NCBI GenBank assembly: GCA_963779795.1
Contig: CAVZZK010000004.1
Span: forward strand, 129,967-193,966
From: an uncultured Pseudomonadota bacterium
GTDB lineage: Bacteria > Pseudomonadota > Gammaproteobacteria > Xanthomonadales > Rhodanobacteraceae
Length of the DNA stretch: 64,000 nt
Direction of reading: 5' to 3'
The translations under genes and the position numbers were made by a program. The notes beneath the pieces were generated by a model that was not told the DNA's origin, searched no databases, and saw only the letters and a program-made list of their open reading frames with translations. This document shows positions 9,548 through 19,222 of the stretch, in pieces (position 1 is the first letter of the stretch; each line of letters begins with the position of its first letter).

Positions 9548-10704
9548 GCGGATTCCGGCCACGTCAAGGAATCTTCCAGGGCTTCGGCCAATATGTGAAT
9601 GCAGATGTCGTGTATTTCCTGAATTCTGGCGACGCGCAGCGAGGGCGCGTAGAGGACGGCATTGGCATGGTCGGCAAGCGCGCCGCCATTTTCGCCGGTC
9701 ATGGCGATGACCTTGCAGCCGCACTGGCGCGCGGCGTGTGCCGCATCGAGCACATTGGGAGAATTGCCACTGGTGCTGATGGCCAGCAGCACATCACCGG
9801 GACGGGCGAGGGCTTCGATTTGCCGTGCAAACACGCGCGCATAGCCGTAGTCGTTGGCGACCGCCGACAGAATCGAGGTGTCGGTGGTGAGGGCGATGGC
9901 AGCCAAGGCCCGTCGCTCATGCTGAAATCGGCCAACCAGCTCGGCGACGAAATGCTGTGCCGTTGCCGCGCTGCCGCCGTTGCCACAGGCCAGAATCTTG
10001 TTTCCGGAATCCAGCGAAGCCTTCATGATCCGGCTGGCGGTCTCGAGCTCGGCCGGCAACGACGCGGCGGCGCGCTCGATCGCGTTTTGATGCTCGGCGA
10101 ATGCACGCTGCGCGAGGTCGCGCAAAGGGCGCGCGCCGGGAATCCTTCCGCTGGTCAGGGCCATCGCGAACCGCGGCAGATCCTCGAAAACGAGCACCTG
10201 CGCAGCGCTGGCCTGTCCCGAGGTGTGTGTGCCTTTGCCGGTTCTGACCAGACAGGTTGCGATTCCGGCCGACCAGGCCGATTCCAGATCGCGCAGGTCG
10301 TCACCGACCATGATCGTCTGGTTCGCGGGAATGCCGGAATCGGCAATTGCCTGCTGCAACAGGCCCGGAGCGGGCTTACGGCACTCGCATTTCGCCGCAG
10401 GCGAGTGTGGGCACGCGTAGACAGCATCGATACGGGCTCCGGCTTTTTCGGCATCAGCGGCCATGTGTGTGTGGATTTTCTCCAGTTCCGCCTGCGTCAT
10501 CAGACCGCGTCCGACGGCGGATTGATTGGTGACGATCGAAATGCGTACGCCGGCGGCGTGCATGGCACGCAAGCCATCCAGCGCGCCGGGTTCCCATTGC
10601 CACTGCGACCAGTCGAGCACGTAACCGCCATCGCTGCGCTCGATGTTCAGCACGCCATCGCGATCCAGCAGCACGTGTCGGAAACAACGAGTCATGACAT
10701 TCAT
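9544..10704 (-). CDS. gmhB-gmhA: Fusion protein: D,D-heptose 1,7-bisphosphate phosphatase (GmhB, N-terminal) joined to phosphoheptose isomerase (GmhA, C-terminal)
   Basis: One uninterrupted 386-aa ORF. Residues 1 to ~185 are HAD-IIIA GmhB (LLDRDGVLN, VTNQSAVGRG, CECRKPAPGLL, MVGDDLRD). Residues ~195-386 are SIS-domain GmhA (ILACGNGGSAATAQHFVAELVGRF, LLAISTSGNSPNVL). ATGA overlaps occur with both neighbours. Confidence 0.85.
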   Translation of the reverse strand: MNVMTRCFRHVLLDRDGVLNIERSDGGYVLDWSQWQWEPGALDGLRAMHAAGVRISIVTNQSAVGRGLMTQAELEKIHTHMAADAEKAGARIDAVYACPHSPAAKCECRKPAPGLLQQAIADSGIPANQTIMVGDDLRDLESAWSAGIATCLVRTGKGTHTSGQASAAQVLVFEDLPRFAMALTSGRIPGARPLRDLAQRAFAEHQNAIERAAASLPAELETASRIMKASLDSGNKILACGNGGSAATAQHFVAELVGRFQHERRALAAIALTTDTSILSAVANDYGYARVFARQIEALARPGDVLLAISTSGNSPNVLDAAHAARQCGCKVIAMTGENGGALADHANAVLYAPSLRVARIQEIHDICIHILAEALEDSLTWPESA

Positions 10705-11684
10705 AGGTACGGATCCGGGCGAGAGAGATATTGCTGGACGTAGTATTTGACACCATCCTCAAGGCTGGTGAACGCGCGCGCATAGCCAGCTGCGCGCAGC
10801 CGTTCCAGGCGTGCTTGCGTGAAGTATTGATAACGTCCGCGCAGTTCCTGCGGCATGTCGATGTAGCGGATTTTCGGTGGCCGTTCGAGCGCGGCAAAAA
10901 GCGCGGTAGCCAGTTCGGCGAAACTGCGTGCCGCACCGCTGCCGAGGTTGTAGATGCCGTTGACTTGCGGATGCTCAAGCAGCCACAGCACCAGGTCGAC
11001 ACAATCGCCTACGTAGACGAAATCCCGCTGCTGCGCGCCGTCCGCGTAGCGGCTGTCATATGACTTGAACAGGGTCACCTCGTCGCCGCGTGCGGCGGCC
11101 GGAAACTTCTGCGCGACGACGCTGCGCATGCCCGCCTTGTGGTATTCGTTGGGGCCGTAGACATTGAAGAATTTCAGGCCGACCCATTGTGCCGGTGTCG
11201 GCTCGCCGTCGGCTACGGCGCGGGCCACGCGCCGGTCGAACAGGTGCTTGCTCCAGCCGTACAGGTTCAGCGGCCGCAAACGCGCAAGCGCCTGTGGTGA
11301 ATGATCGTCGTCGTAGCCGGCATCGCCATCACCATAAGTGGCCGCGGACGATGCGTAGATGAATCGCTTGTCGTGGCGCGCACACCATTGCCACAGACGC
11401 CAGGACAGGCCGAAATTGACGTCGACGACCAGATCGCCGTCGCTGGCGGTGGTTGATGAGATGGCGCCCATGTGCACGATCGTCTCAATCGTGTCGCGCA
11501 TGCGATCGAGCCTCTCATCGAGTTGCGCCGGCGCAATGAAATCGTGCAGTTCGACACCCGACAGGTTGCGCCACTTGGACTCGTGGCCAAGAACATCGCA
11601 CACGGCCGTCGGAATACCGCGCGCGTTGAGCGCGGAGACGATGTTCGAGCCGATGAATCCCGCGCCGCCGGTGACCAGAATCAT
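10701..11684 (-). CDS. hldD: ADP-L-glycero-D-manno-heptose 6-epimerase
   Basis: ATG 11684 follows GGAG. MILVTGGAGFIGSN Rossmann motif and SSAATYG.. catalytic region; 327 aa. Confidence 0.9.
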   Translation of the reverse strand: MILVTGGAGFIGSNIVSALNARGIPTAVCDVLGHESKWRNLSGVELHDFIAPAQLDERLDRMRDTIETIVHMGAISSTTASDGDLVVDVNFGLSWRLWQWCARHDKRFIYASSAATYGDGDAGYDDDHSPQALARLRPLNLYGWSKHLFDRRVARAVADGEPTPAQWVGLKFFNVYGPNEYHKAGMRSVVAQKFPAAARGDEVTLFKSYDSRYADGAQQRDFVYVGDCVDLVLWLLEHPQVNGIYNLGSGAARSFAELATALFAALERPPKIRYIDMPQELRGRYQYFTQARLERLRAAGYARAFTSLEDGVKYYVQQYLSRPDPYL

Positions 11685-11819
11685 CGTGGTACTCCGCTGC
11701 CGCAGGAAGTAGTCCCGGGCAGCGGCACGTAATCGAGCCAAGTCCTTGCCGCACTGTCCCGGTGCCTGCGGCATGACCTATGATGCGGGTAAACCTTGCC
11801 GTATGCCTTTTTCCGATCA

Positions 11820-13568
11820 ATGATGAGCGCGCCCCAAACCCAGACTTCGTTCTTGTCCGCGCAAGCACATCGTGAATGGCTGCTGTTCATGCTGTTCGCG
11901 TTTGTGTTGATCGGTGCCGGCATCGGTCTGCGCGATCCCTGGCCGGCCGACGAACCACGGTTTGCACTGGTTGCCAGGCAAATGGTCGAATCGGGCAATT
12001 GGCTTATCCCGCACCGTGGCAGTGAGCTGTATGCGGACAAGCCGCCGCTATTCATGGCGTCGCAGGCGCTGGCGTATGAGTTGACTGGAAACTGGCGCAT
12101 CGCTTTCTTGTTACCGTCGCTGTTGTTTGCCATGGGCACGCTGTTGCTCGTGTACGATCTCGGTCGGCGCCTGTGGAATCATCGCGTCGGCCTTTACGCG
12201 GCCGGTGCGCTGCTGGCCACGTTCCAGTTCGTCTACCAGGCCAAGCGCGCGCAGATCGATCCCGCCGAAACGTTTTTCATCACGCTGGCGAATTATGGTT
12301 TGCTGCGGCATCTGCTGCTGGGTGCGGATTGGCGCTGGTACTGGGCGGGATGTTTCGCCTCGGGCCTGGGGGTAATCACCAAGGGCGTCGGCATCATTGC
12401 CGGACTGATGTTCGGACCGTATCTGTTCGCGCGCTTGCGCGGTTGGCGCCATCTCGGCGAAATCCGCGGCGGCACCTGGCGCTGGTTGTTCGGCGCCGTG
12501 TGTTTCCTGGCCGCGGTAGCGCTGTGGCTGGTGCCGATGCTGGTCCGCGTGTACACGATCGACACGCCGCGCTATCTGGCTTACGCGCACGATATCCTGT
12601 TCCACCAGACGGGCGGGCGTTACGCGGCGTCCTGGGATCATGCGCAACCGGTGTGGTTCTATCTTGGCGTGATGTTGACCAGCTGGATGCCGCTGGCACT
12701 GACCTATCCAGCCACTTTCCCGGCCTGGCGCAAGCAACTGGCCGCGCGCGATGCGCGGTTCCTGTTGCCATTGGGATGGGTTGCGCTGGTCCTGGTGTTT
12801 TTCAGCATTCCCGGCGGCAAACGTGACGTCTACATCATGCCGGCCTTGCCGATGATGGCGCTCGCGTCCGCGCCGTTTTTGCAGGAGGCACTGCAGCGAC
12901 GCTGGCTGAAACGCGTCGCTTTTGCCGCCATTTCGATCCTCGGTCTGGTGTTTCTTGCGGCGGGTGTCTATGCGCTGACCCGGCATCCATCGCGTGCCAT
13001 CGCCTACGCCGCCGCGCATGGTCTGTCGAACGACGGCGACCGATTGTGGTATCTGTTGATCGCGATCGGGTTGGCTACGCTGATCCCGGCGCTGGTATTT
13101 CGTGCGCAACGAGGCGTGCACTCGTTGTTGTGTGGATTGTTCGGCATGTGGATGCTGTGGAGCCTGTGGGCGTACCCTTTGCTCAACGACGTCACGTCCG
13201 CGGCTGGCGTGATGCGTCGCGCGGAGCGGCTGATCGGGCCCAGGGGCGAACTGGCGATGGTCGCCTGGCGCGAGCAGAACATGTTCCTGGCGAAATGGCC
13301 GGTTGCCGAATTCGGCCTGGACGATCTGTGGCGCACGCAGTTGTCGAAAGCGATCGTGTGGCAACAACATGAGCCGCAACGGCGCTGGATATTCATCCTT
13401 GGCCAGGCCATGAAACCGTGTATCGATCCCTCCGGCGCGGCGTACCTGGGCATTGCCAATCGCCGGCACTGGTGGTTGTTCCGTGCCAATGCCGTCGCGG
13501 CGGCTTGTCGGAACGGACAGGTTCCGGATAGCCCGGATGAAGCTCGGGACCGGAACAATCCGGAATAG
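11820..13568 (+). CDS. ArnT-like / PMT-family (GT39/GT83) undecaprenyl-phosphate-sugar-dependent glycosyltransferase, polytopic membrane protein
   Basis: Track ORF 11796 (TTG)..13568. The first in-frame ATG is 11820, so the start is uncertain. DPWPADEPRFALVARQMVESGNWLIPHRGSELYADKPPL is the characteristic first periplasmic loop of ArnT-like enzymes. More than 10 hydrophobic segments. Confidence 0.75.
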   Translation: MMSAPQTQTSFLSAQAHREWLLFMLFAFVLIGAGIGLRDPWPADEPRFALVARQMVESGNWLIPHRGSELYADKPPLFMASQALAYELTGNWRIAFLLPSLLFAMGTLLLVYDLGRRLWNHRVGLYAAGALLATFQFVYQAKRAQIDPAETFFITLANYGLLRHLLLGADWRWYWAGCFASGLGVITKGVGIIAGLMFGPYLFARLRGWRHLGEIRGGTWRWLFGAVCFLAAVALWLVPMLVRVYTIDTPRYLAYAHDILFHQTGGRYAASWDHAQPVWFYLGVMLTSWMPLALTYPATFPAWRKQLAARDARFLLPLGWVALVLVFFSIPGGKRDVYIMPALPMMALASAPFLQEALQRRWLKRVAFAAISILGLVFLAAGVYALTRHPSRAIAYAAAHGLSNDGDRLWYLLIAIGLATLIPALVFRAQRGVHSLLCGLFGMWMLWSLWAYPLLNDVTSAAGVMRRAERLIGPRGELAMVAWREQNMFLAKWPVAEFGLDDLWRTQLSKAIVWQQHEPQRRWIFILGQAMKPCIDPSGAAYLGIANRRHWWLFRANAVAAACRNGQVPDSPDEARDRNNPE

Positions 13569-13600
13569 GCCGGGACCACGCGCTGTCGTCGTGCAAGCGT

Positions 13601-14758
13601 TCATGCGATGACTTCCTCGACACGATCGTGTGCGTTCGACGCGTTTTCAGGCCCGTTCGATGCCATCACGGCCGCGACAACGCGCTCGGCAACCTGCTCG
13701 GCGGTCAGGCCGGATGTGACCAGCCCGCAACCGTTGTTTCCGTAGGGTTTGTATTTGCGTGGATCCGTTTGCGAAAAAAGACCCACCGTCGGCGTGCCGC
13801 TGGCGCTGGCCAGGTGCATGACGCCGCTATCCGCACACACGAACGCATCGAGGCAACTGATCAATGCCGCCACCTGGCGTACATTCGATGATGCGTAGTG
13901 CGGCAAATCGGCCACTGTTGTCGAATGGTTGCCGGGTGGCAGGATTTCGACGATCGACCAGTCCGGCTGTTGCTGTCGGACGGTTTTCACGAATTGCGAC
14001 CACCAGGATGGTTCGTAGCGTTTGGCGCCGGTTGCGCCGGTGAAGATGCCAAGCTTCAGCGTGGCCGGACCGGGTATCGCCGCCAGCATTTTATCCAGCA
14101 TCACACGTGCCGCGGAGCGGTCCGCTCGGGTCAGTGCAATATCGAGCGGCGGATACTGCGATGTATCCGACACCAGACCGTCAGGCAACGCATTGCGCAA
14201 CAAAAAAACCGGCAATTGCGCGAAATGGCGCGGAGCTTCCTGAAGTAGTCGAGACCTCAGTTCACGGTTCTCGCCGGCGGCACCGGGAAGTGCAACGCCC
14301 TGCCGCGCACGCGCAAGGACCAGCAGGGCGCGGCCGGATTGCGAGGCTTCGCAGGGATCGATGGCCAGGTCGTAATGGCGATGACGCAACAGGCGAATCG
14401 TTCGCAGCAACACCAATGGATGCCGGATCATGCGTCGCGAAAGGCAATGTACGCACTGCACGTTGGCAAACCCGCGGAAAATCTCCGGCGCATCATTGCC
14501 GCCGGCGACGATGTCGATACGGGCATGCGGCAGCAAGCGGTCGAGTTCGACAATCAGCGGAGTCAGCAGCAACATGTTGCCCAGGCGATGATTGGGACGG
14601 CAGATGAGCACACTGCGCACCTGCGATACATCGAGTGTGCCGTCGGCTCGCAAGCTTGCTTCGCAGCGGCGTTGCCAACGACGCATGATCTTCGCCATCA
14701 GCTGCCGCCGCCACTCCTGCAGATCGAAAGTGCGCTGCTTGTCGATCTCTGCGCTCAT
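13601..14758 (-). CDS. Glycosyltransferase family 9 (LPS heptosyltransferase-like)
   Basis: VLICRPNHRLGNMLLLTPLI N-terminal motif. C-terminal LISCLDAFVCADSGVMHLASASGTPTVGLF is typical of GT9 (RfaC/RfaF family). Confidence 0.8.
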   Translation of the reverse strand: MSAEIDKQRTFDLQEWRRQLMAKIMRRWQRRCEASLRADGTLDVSQVRSVLICRPNHRLGNMLLLTPLIVELDRLLPHARIDIVAGGNDAPEIFRGFANVQCVHCLSRRMIRHPLVLLRTIRLLRHRHYDLAIDPCEASQSGRALLVLARARQGVALPGAAGENRELRSRLLQEAPRHFAQLPVFLLRNALPDGLVSDTSQYPPLDIALTRADRSAARVMLDKMLAAIPGPATLKLGIFTGATGAKRYEPSWWSQFVKTVRQQQPDWSIVEILPPGNHSTTVADLPHYASSNVRQVAALISCLDAFVCADSGVMHLASASGTPTVGLFSQTDPRKYKPYGNNGCGLVTSGLTAEQVAERVVAAVMASNGPENASNAHDRVEEVIA

Positions 14759-14903
14759 GCAAAGACGATTCGGTTGTTCGGTGAGTCAGGCGTACTGGAT
14801 GAACCCATGCGCCCGATCAACCGGCTGGGCGTGATCAATCGAGTCGGTTGCTGCGCCGGTCGCGGATCGTCCATCGCATGCGTTGTGTCGCGGCTGGCCA
14901 TGC

Positions 14904-15530
14904 TCAAAACTTCTTGTGAAAGCCGACCATGAAACCTTGCGGCAGTACGGATAGCACGAGTGGGTGCTCGCGGCGTGATGCGTACCAGCCGAAGCCGACG
15001 CCCAGGGCGGCACCGGCGAGTACATCGGTCTGCCAGTGTCCATGCGCCTTCATCCGCGCCACCATGTCGTAGGCAGGCAACAAGGCCAGTGCATACACGG
15101 CCGGGTGGTCATGGCCATAGGCGAACATGAACGGCGTCACCGCCCCGGCGATTTCCGCGACTTCGCCGCTGGGGAAGCTCTGGTTCCCGTGGCCGGTGAA
15201 AAACTGGTTCGGATCGGAGGTTTGCGAAGGACGTTTGCGCGAGAACGCGAATTTGAGAACCTGTGCGCTTGCGCTTGCCAGCACGACCGAGTCCAGCGAG
15301 CGCCAGAATGTATCGCCAAGCTTGCTGTCGTCGCCCAGCCACAGGGCGCCGCCGACAACGGTCAGCGCGGTAGCCGCGGCCAGATCCTTCTGGTAGCTGC
15401 GTTTCCAGATGCCGCTGTTGTCGTAATGCAGCCGGTGATCGATGCCGAGGGGTCCACCCGCTGCACACACTTCGCCACTTCCCAGTAACCCGAGGACGAG
15501 AAACATCGCACCCAAAAACCGCTTTTGCAT
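14904..15530 (-). CDS. PAP2-family phosphatase (candidate lipid A / lipid phosphate phosphatase), secreted or membrane-associated
   Basis: Start set at ATG 15530 (MQKRFLGAMFLVLGLLGSGEVCAA signal). PAP2 motifs: KFAFSRKRP, SFPSGE (degenerate PSGH), MKAHGHWQTDV (SRxxxxxHxxxD-like). Confidence 0.7.
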   Translation of the reverse strand: MQKRFLGAMFLVLGLLGSGEVCAAGGPLGIDHRLHYDNSGIWKRSYQKDLAAATALTVVGGALWLGDDSKLGDTFWRSLDSVVLASASAQVLKFAFSRKRPSQTSDPNQFFTGHGNQSFPSGEVAEIAGAVTPFMFAYGHDHPAVYALALLPAYDMVARMKAHGHWQTDVLAGAALGVGFGWYASRREHPLVLSVLPQGFMVGFHKKF

Positions 15531-15783
15531 GGAAAATCTCCGATGTTCGATGACATGCACGCAGGGCCTGCAGGGGCGTGCATCATCCAGCCAGAAGACG
15601 GCGCCATGTCTGGCGGCAACGTGGATATCCGGGCTATGCCGCCATAGACATGACTTATTCCGAATTGTCGCCGCAAGTCGTGTGCCAAGATACGGGCAAG
15701 CCGACCTGATTTGCAACCGGTTGATATGACTCAAATATTTTCAGGTCGGTGGATTGCAATTACGCGGGCACTGCGATCACGCC

Positions 15784-15819
15784 GGAAAAGCTGCAGGATT
15801 TGTCTACGAATCCTGCAGC
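15784..15819 (-). terminator. Intrinsic terminator of the OMP/PBP operon
   Basis: Perfect 11-bp inverted repeat GCTGCAGGATT / AATCCTGCAGC (15790-15800 / 15809-15819) with an 8-nt loop. On the minus strand it is followed by UUUU. The stop codon of the PBP-like gene sits in the loop. Confidence 0.6.
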
Positions 15820-16304
15820 GGCACGCAATTGGCCGTTGGAGGGCGGCACTTGCGCGGATGGCCGAACACCATGAGCACCTTCACGGCCGCATCCTGCGGA
15901 CATTCGGCGACGTAGCCGATAGCGCCCATCGTCGATGCAACAAACAGCTCGACCGCTCGCTGCGACGCCAGCACATAGGGCGGCAAAGTGCCGTGGAAGT
16001 ACATCTGCCGCCAATAGTCCTCGGTGTCCTGCGGCGACTGACCAAGAACGCAGCGCGAAAACGCGATACGCAGCGGATCGCTGGCCGGAAGGTTGACCGG
16101 ATGGACCCGGCTTCCATCAGGCCACAGGTTCTGACGGCGCCGATAAATCAGGGCCAGGGATTTGCGCGTGAGTTGCTTTTGCTTGACACCGTTTGAAACG
16201 ATAATCGCGAATCCCGTGCGAGGTTCGGTTGCCTGTGAAGGCGGGCAGCAGCCGATCGACAACACGCATGCCATCAGAATCGGAAATGACGGCCTTCGTG
16301 GCAT
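15804..16304 (-). CDS. Small periplasmic PstS-like (PBP_like_2) substrate-binding-domain protein
   Basis: ATG 16304 forms an ATGA overlap with the OMP stop. It has a signal or lipoprotein-like N-terminus (MPRRPSFPILMACVLSIGCC). FAIIVSNGVKQKQLTRKSLALIYRRRQNLWPDGSRVHPVNL ... GAIGYV resembles phosphate-binding-protein-like domains. Confidence 0.6.
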   Translation of the reverse strand: MPRRPSFPILMACVLSIGCCPPSQATEPRTGFAIIVSNGVKQKQLTRKSLALIYRRRQNLWPDGSRVHPVNLPASDPLRIAFSRCVLGQSPQDTEDYWRQMYFHGTLPPYVLASQRAVELFVASTMGAIGYVAECPQDAAVKVLMVFGHPRKCRPPTANCVPLQDS

Positions 16305-17362
16305 CAGAACAGCACGCTGATCGAGGACAGAAAGCCGCTCGTGGCATGGATCGTATTGTGCCGCCCGGCGACCCACTCGGCTTTCAGGATCACGGCGGGA
16401 TTGATCTGATACGCGAGTCCGGTGACACGCAACCGGGTCGTTGCCGGTTCGAGCGCCTTGCGGTAAACCTCGTAGCGCCCGACCGCGTACAACTTTTTGC
16501 CCAGCGGTGCGACGAGCTGAACATAGGCTCCTTTTTCGTCCCGGCGGCCACCCAGGTTCGAGGAGCGATAGACTGCTTCGGCGCTCAGTTCGAAGCGGTC
16601 ATGCGTCCAGAAGTAGTCGAGGCCGACCAGGCGTTTGCGATCCGAGCGCAGGCGCGACTGGCTGAAGTCGGCGTACGAGAAACCGACCTGGGTGTATGGC
16701 GACAAGGGCAAAGTCAGGTGCAGCCCCAGTGCTCTGTAAAATGGATCAACATCCGGATTGGTCCGGAGTTGCCCATTTGACGAGGCATACATCGAATATT
16801 CCAGGCCGTTGCCGATGGAGGGCAGGGTGCCGGTCCACATCAGGCCGGTCATGTTGGTTGGGAAGGCCAGCGTGGTTACGAGGGGGCGCGAGGTAGTCCA
16901 TACCAGCGGTGTGGCATGAATTATGTTCCAGCGACCGATCGGCGTCAGGAATTTGCCGATGCGAAATGTCGAGGTGTCGGTCAGCGCGTAATCCAGGTAC
17001 AGGCGCTCAAGCGAAAAATAATCGTTCTCGCCATGGGATTCCCTGCGGATGTCGGCGAAGTTCTCATACTCGATCTCGGAAAAGAACTTCCAGCGGGATT
17101 GACCTTCCCACCAGACGAACATGCTCAGATTGTCGAGCGCCAGACGCGATGACCCGCCGCTGAGATCGTCGAAACTGCCGGTCGCGTAGCCGCCCAGCGT
17201 GAAGCCGGTTCCCGGAATCTGCAGCCCGTGGCCCAGGTAGTAATCGAAGCCCGACGCGGCATTGGCCTCACCCGCATGGGCGATACCGATTCGTCCGCAA
17301 AGTGCGATCAGCAGACAAAGTGCAGCGCCCGCGCGCAGCCATATTCCCGCATATGCGCTCAT
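16304..17362 (-). CDS. Outer-membrane beta-barrel, porin-like protein
   Basis: ATG 17362 (MSAYAGIWLRAGAALCLLIALCGRIGIAHA signal). Alternating amphipathic beta-strand pattern with abundant Y/G/W. Terminal ...SISVLF with C-terminal Phe is typical of OMPs. Confidence 0.7.
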   Translation of the reverse strand: MSAYAGIWLRAGAALCLLIALCGRIGIAHAGEANAASGFDYYLGHGLQIPGTGFTLGGYATGSFDDLSGGSSRLALDNLSMFVWWEGQSRWKFFSEIEYENFADIRRESHGENDYFSLERLYLDYALTDTSTFRIGKFLTPIGRWNIIHATPLVWTTSRPLVTTLAFPTNMTGLMWTGTLPSIGNGLEYSMYASSNGQLRTNPDVDPFYRALGLHLTLPLSPYTQVGFSYADFSQSRLRSDRKRLVGLDYFWTHDRFELSAEAVYRSSNLGGRRDEKGAYVQLVAPLGKKLYAVGRYEVYRKALEPATTRLRVTGLAYQINPAVILKAEWVAGRHNTIHATSGFLSSISVLF

Positions 17363-17461
17363 CGAACGTATTGGCACTGGCTGATCACACGGATTGCGTG
17401 GCACTTTTGCGTATACTGGAACCGCACGGCTCCCACCCTGCTGTGTCGTCGATTGCCTGCC

Positions 17462-19222
17462 GTGACCATTCGCAAAACCCTGCTTGTTGCATTCCTGGTC
17501 GCCGGACTCGCACCCGCCATACTTCTGGCGAGCCTGGCCTTTGTCAAGGCGCGTCAGGCTTTACAGGTGGAAATCGAACGCAGTCTGTCCGTTGAAGCCG
17601 AGGGCATAAGTGTCGGTCTCGACAAGGTGATGTTCGAGCGCCTGCAGAATGCGGCCATATGGCATCGGCTGGGCATCATGCAGGACATGCAGGTCCGGGA
17701 CGTGGACAAACGATTGTCCCGATTCCTTGCCGATCTCAAGACCGGATATCGAGGCGTCTACGAAAATCTTTCCTGCATCGATGAGAACGGTCGAATCATC
17801 AGCAGCTCCAATGCGGCGCTGGTCGGCAAGCGCTCCAACCCGGCGGCCCCGTGGTTGCAGACAAACCTGTCGGGGACCGAATTGACTCTACGCCTGCGTG
17901 CGGGCAAACCCACGCCGTCGGTATCCATCGATGCGGCGGTGTCTTCGCAGTTTGACAAGGGCGATTTGGGTATATTGCGGCTGCAACTGGATTGGTCCGA
18001 GATCAATGGCATGCTCGACCAGGCCAGCATTCACGGCCGGCGCATGCTGGCGGTTGTGGACGCCAAAGGCCGCCTGATCGCTGCATCATCGAATCTGCGT
18101 GCCCGCGGGCTATTGCTCGGCATGTCGTTGGCCGAGTGGCGTCAACCTGGCGATACGGTGGTCAGCAGAAACGGGAATCCCGTTATTGACGCGCAAGTGC
18201 TGGTGGGTAGCGCCGTCTCGCACGGGTATGCACAATTCAAGGGCTTCGGCTGGACCACCCTGATCGTACAACCGGAGAATCAGGCCTTCGCACCGATTCA
18301 CCACATGGCCCTGATCTTTGTCGGGCTGTTGGTACTGGTTGCCGTGTTCATCGCGTTGGCCGCGATATTGGTAAGCAAAACAATTGCCAAGCCGGTCGTC
18401 TCGCTGACCCGGTTTGCGCGAAGCTACATGCACGAAAAGGCATTGTCGGTACCGGCCGTGACCGGCAGTGGCGAAGTTCGCGAACTGACCGAAGCGTTCG
18501 TGCAGATGGTGCGCGATATCGATCGCTCGCAGCAAAATCTGATACGCGCCTCGAAACTGGCCGTGGTCGGGGAGATGTCTTCGATTATCGCCCACGAGGT
18601 GCGCACGCCGCTCGGCATCCTGCGTTCGTCGTCGCAAATGCTCAAACGCGAATCGACGATCAGCGACGAGGGGCGCGAGTTGGTCGGTTTCATTGAAAGC
18701 GAAACCGGACGCCTGAACCGTCTTGTGTCCGCAATGCTGGACACCGCCCGTGCCCGCGAACCGGTTTTCGAGCCGGTCGACGTGCATGCAATCATCCACC
18801 AATGCGTTTCCATGCTCGCCGTGCAGGCAAACGAGAAAGGGGTCGTCGTCGCCGAACACTTGTCCGCCAGGCGCACGAATGTGCCTGCGGATGAGGAACA
18901 GTTAACGCAAGTCGTGTTGAACTTGTTGATGAACGGATTGCAGATTCTGCAGCATGGCGGCCGCATCCGAATTGCCACACGGGACGCCGACGACGCATTG
19001 ATGATCGAGATCGCAGACGATGGACCCGGCATCGACCCAGCCGAGCGCGAGCGAGTGTTCGAGGCGTTCTTTTTCAAGCGCGAAGGCGGTGTGGGCCTGG
19101 GTCTTGCCATCGTGCAACAGATCGTGAATGCGCACGGTGGCAATATCGAAATCGACGACAGCGAACTCGGCGGTGCGCTGTTCCGTATCACCCTGCCGCG
19201 ACATCATCCGGAAAATACATGA
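17462..19222 (+). CDS. Sensor histidine kinase (TM / ~270-aa Cache-like periplasmic domain / TM / HAMP / HisKA / HATPase_c)
   Basis: Track ORF 17228..19222, whose first ~75 codons overlap the divergent OMP gene. I prefer GTG 17462 (VTIRKTLLVAFLVAGLAPAILL), or TTG 17453. H-box SIIAHEVRTPLGIL; N/G boxes LLMNGLQ, DDGPGI, GGVGLGLAI. Confidence 0.8.
   Translation: MTIRKTLLVAFLVAGLAPAILLASLAFVKARQALQVEIERSLSVEAEGISVGLDKVMFERLQNAAIWHRLGIMQDMQVRDVDKRLSRFLADLKTGYRGVYENLSCIDENGRIISSSNAALVGKRSNPAAPWLQTNLSGTELTLRLRAGKPTPSVSIDAAVSSQFDKGDLGILRLQLDWSEINGMLDQASIHGRRMLAVVDAKGRLIAASSNLRARGLLLGMSLAEWRQPGDTVVSRNGNPVIDAQVLVGSAVSHGYAQFKGFGWTTLIVQPENQAFAPIHHMALIFVGLLVLVAVFIALAAILVSKTIAKPVVSLTRFARSYMHEKALSVPAVTGSGEVRELTEAFVQMVRDIDRSQQNLIRASKLAVVGEMSSIIAHEVRTPLGILRSSSQMLKRESTISDEGRELVGFIESETGRLNRLVSAMLDTARAREPVFEPVDVHAIIHQCVSMLAVQANEKGVVVAEHLSARRTNVPADEEQLTQVVLNLLMNGLQILQHGGRIRIATRDADDALMIEIADDGPGIDPAERERVFEAFFFKREGGVGLGLAIVQQIVNAHGGNIEIDDSELGGALFRITLPRHHPENT

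Noticed and set aside
17397-17412. TGGCAC motif just upstream of the kinase gene, considered as a sigma-54 -24 element
   Set aside because: The downstream sequence is TGGCACTTTTGCGTAT. The GC dinucleotide falls 3 nt too close (GG to GC spacing of 9 instead of 12) and there is no TTGC at the right place. Other TGGCA(C/T) hits I checked (16291, 16343, 26995, 28186, 39133, 58993, 61148) also fail on spacing or on the -12 element, or lie inside genes.
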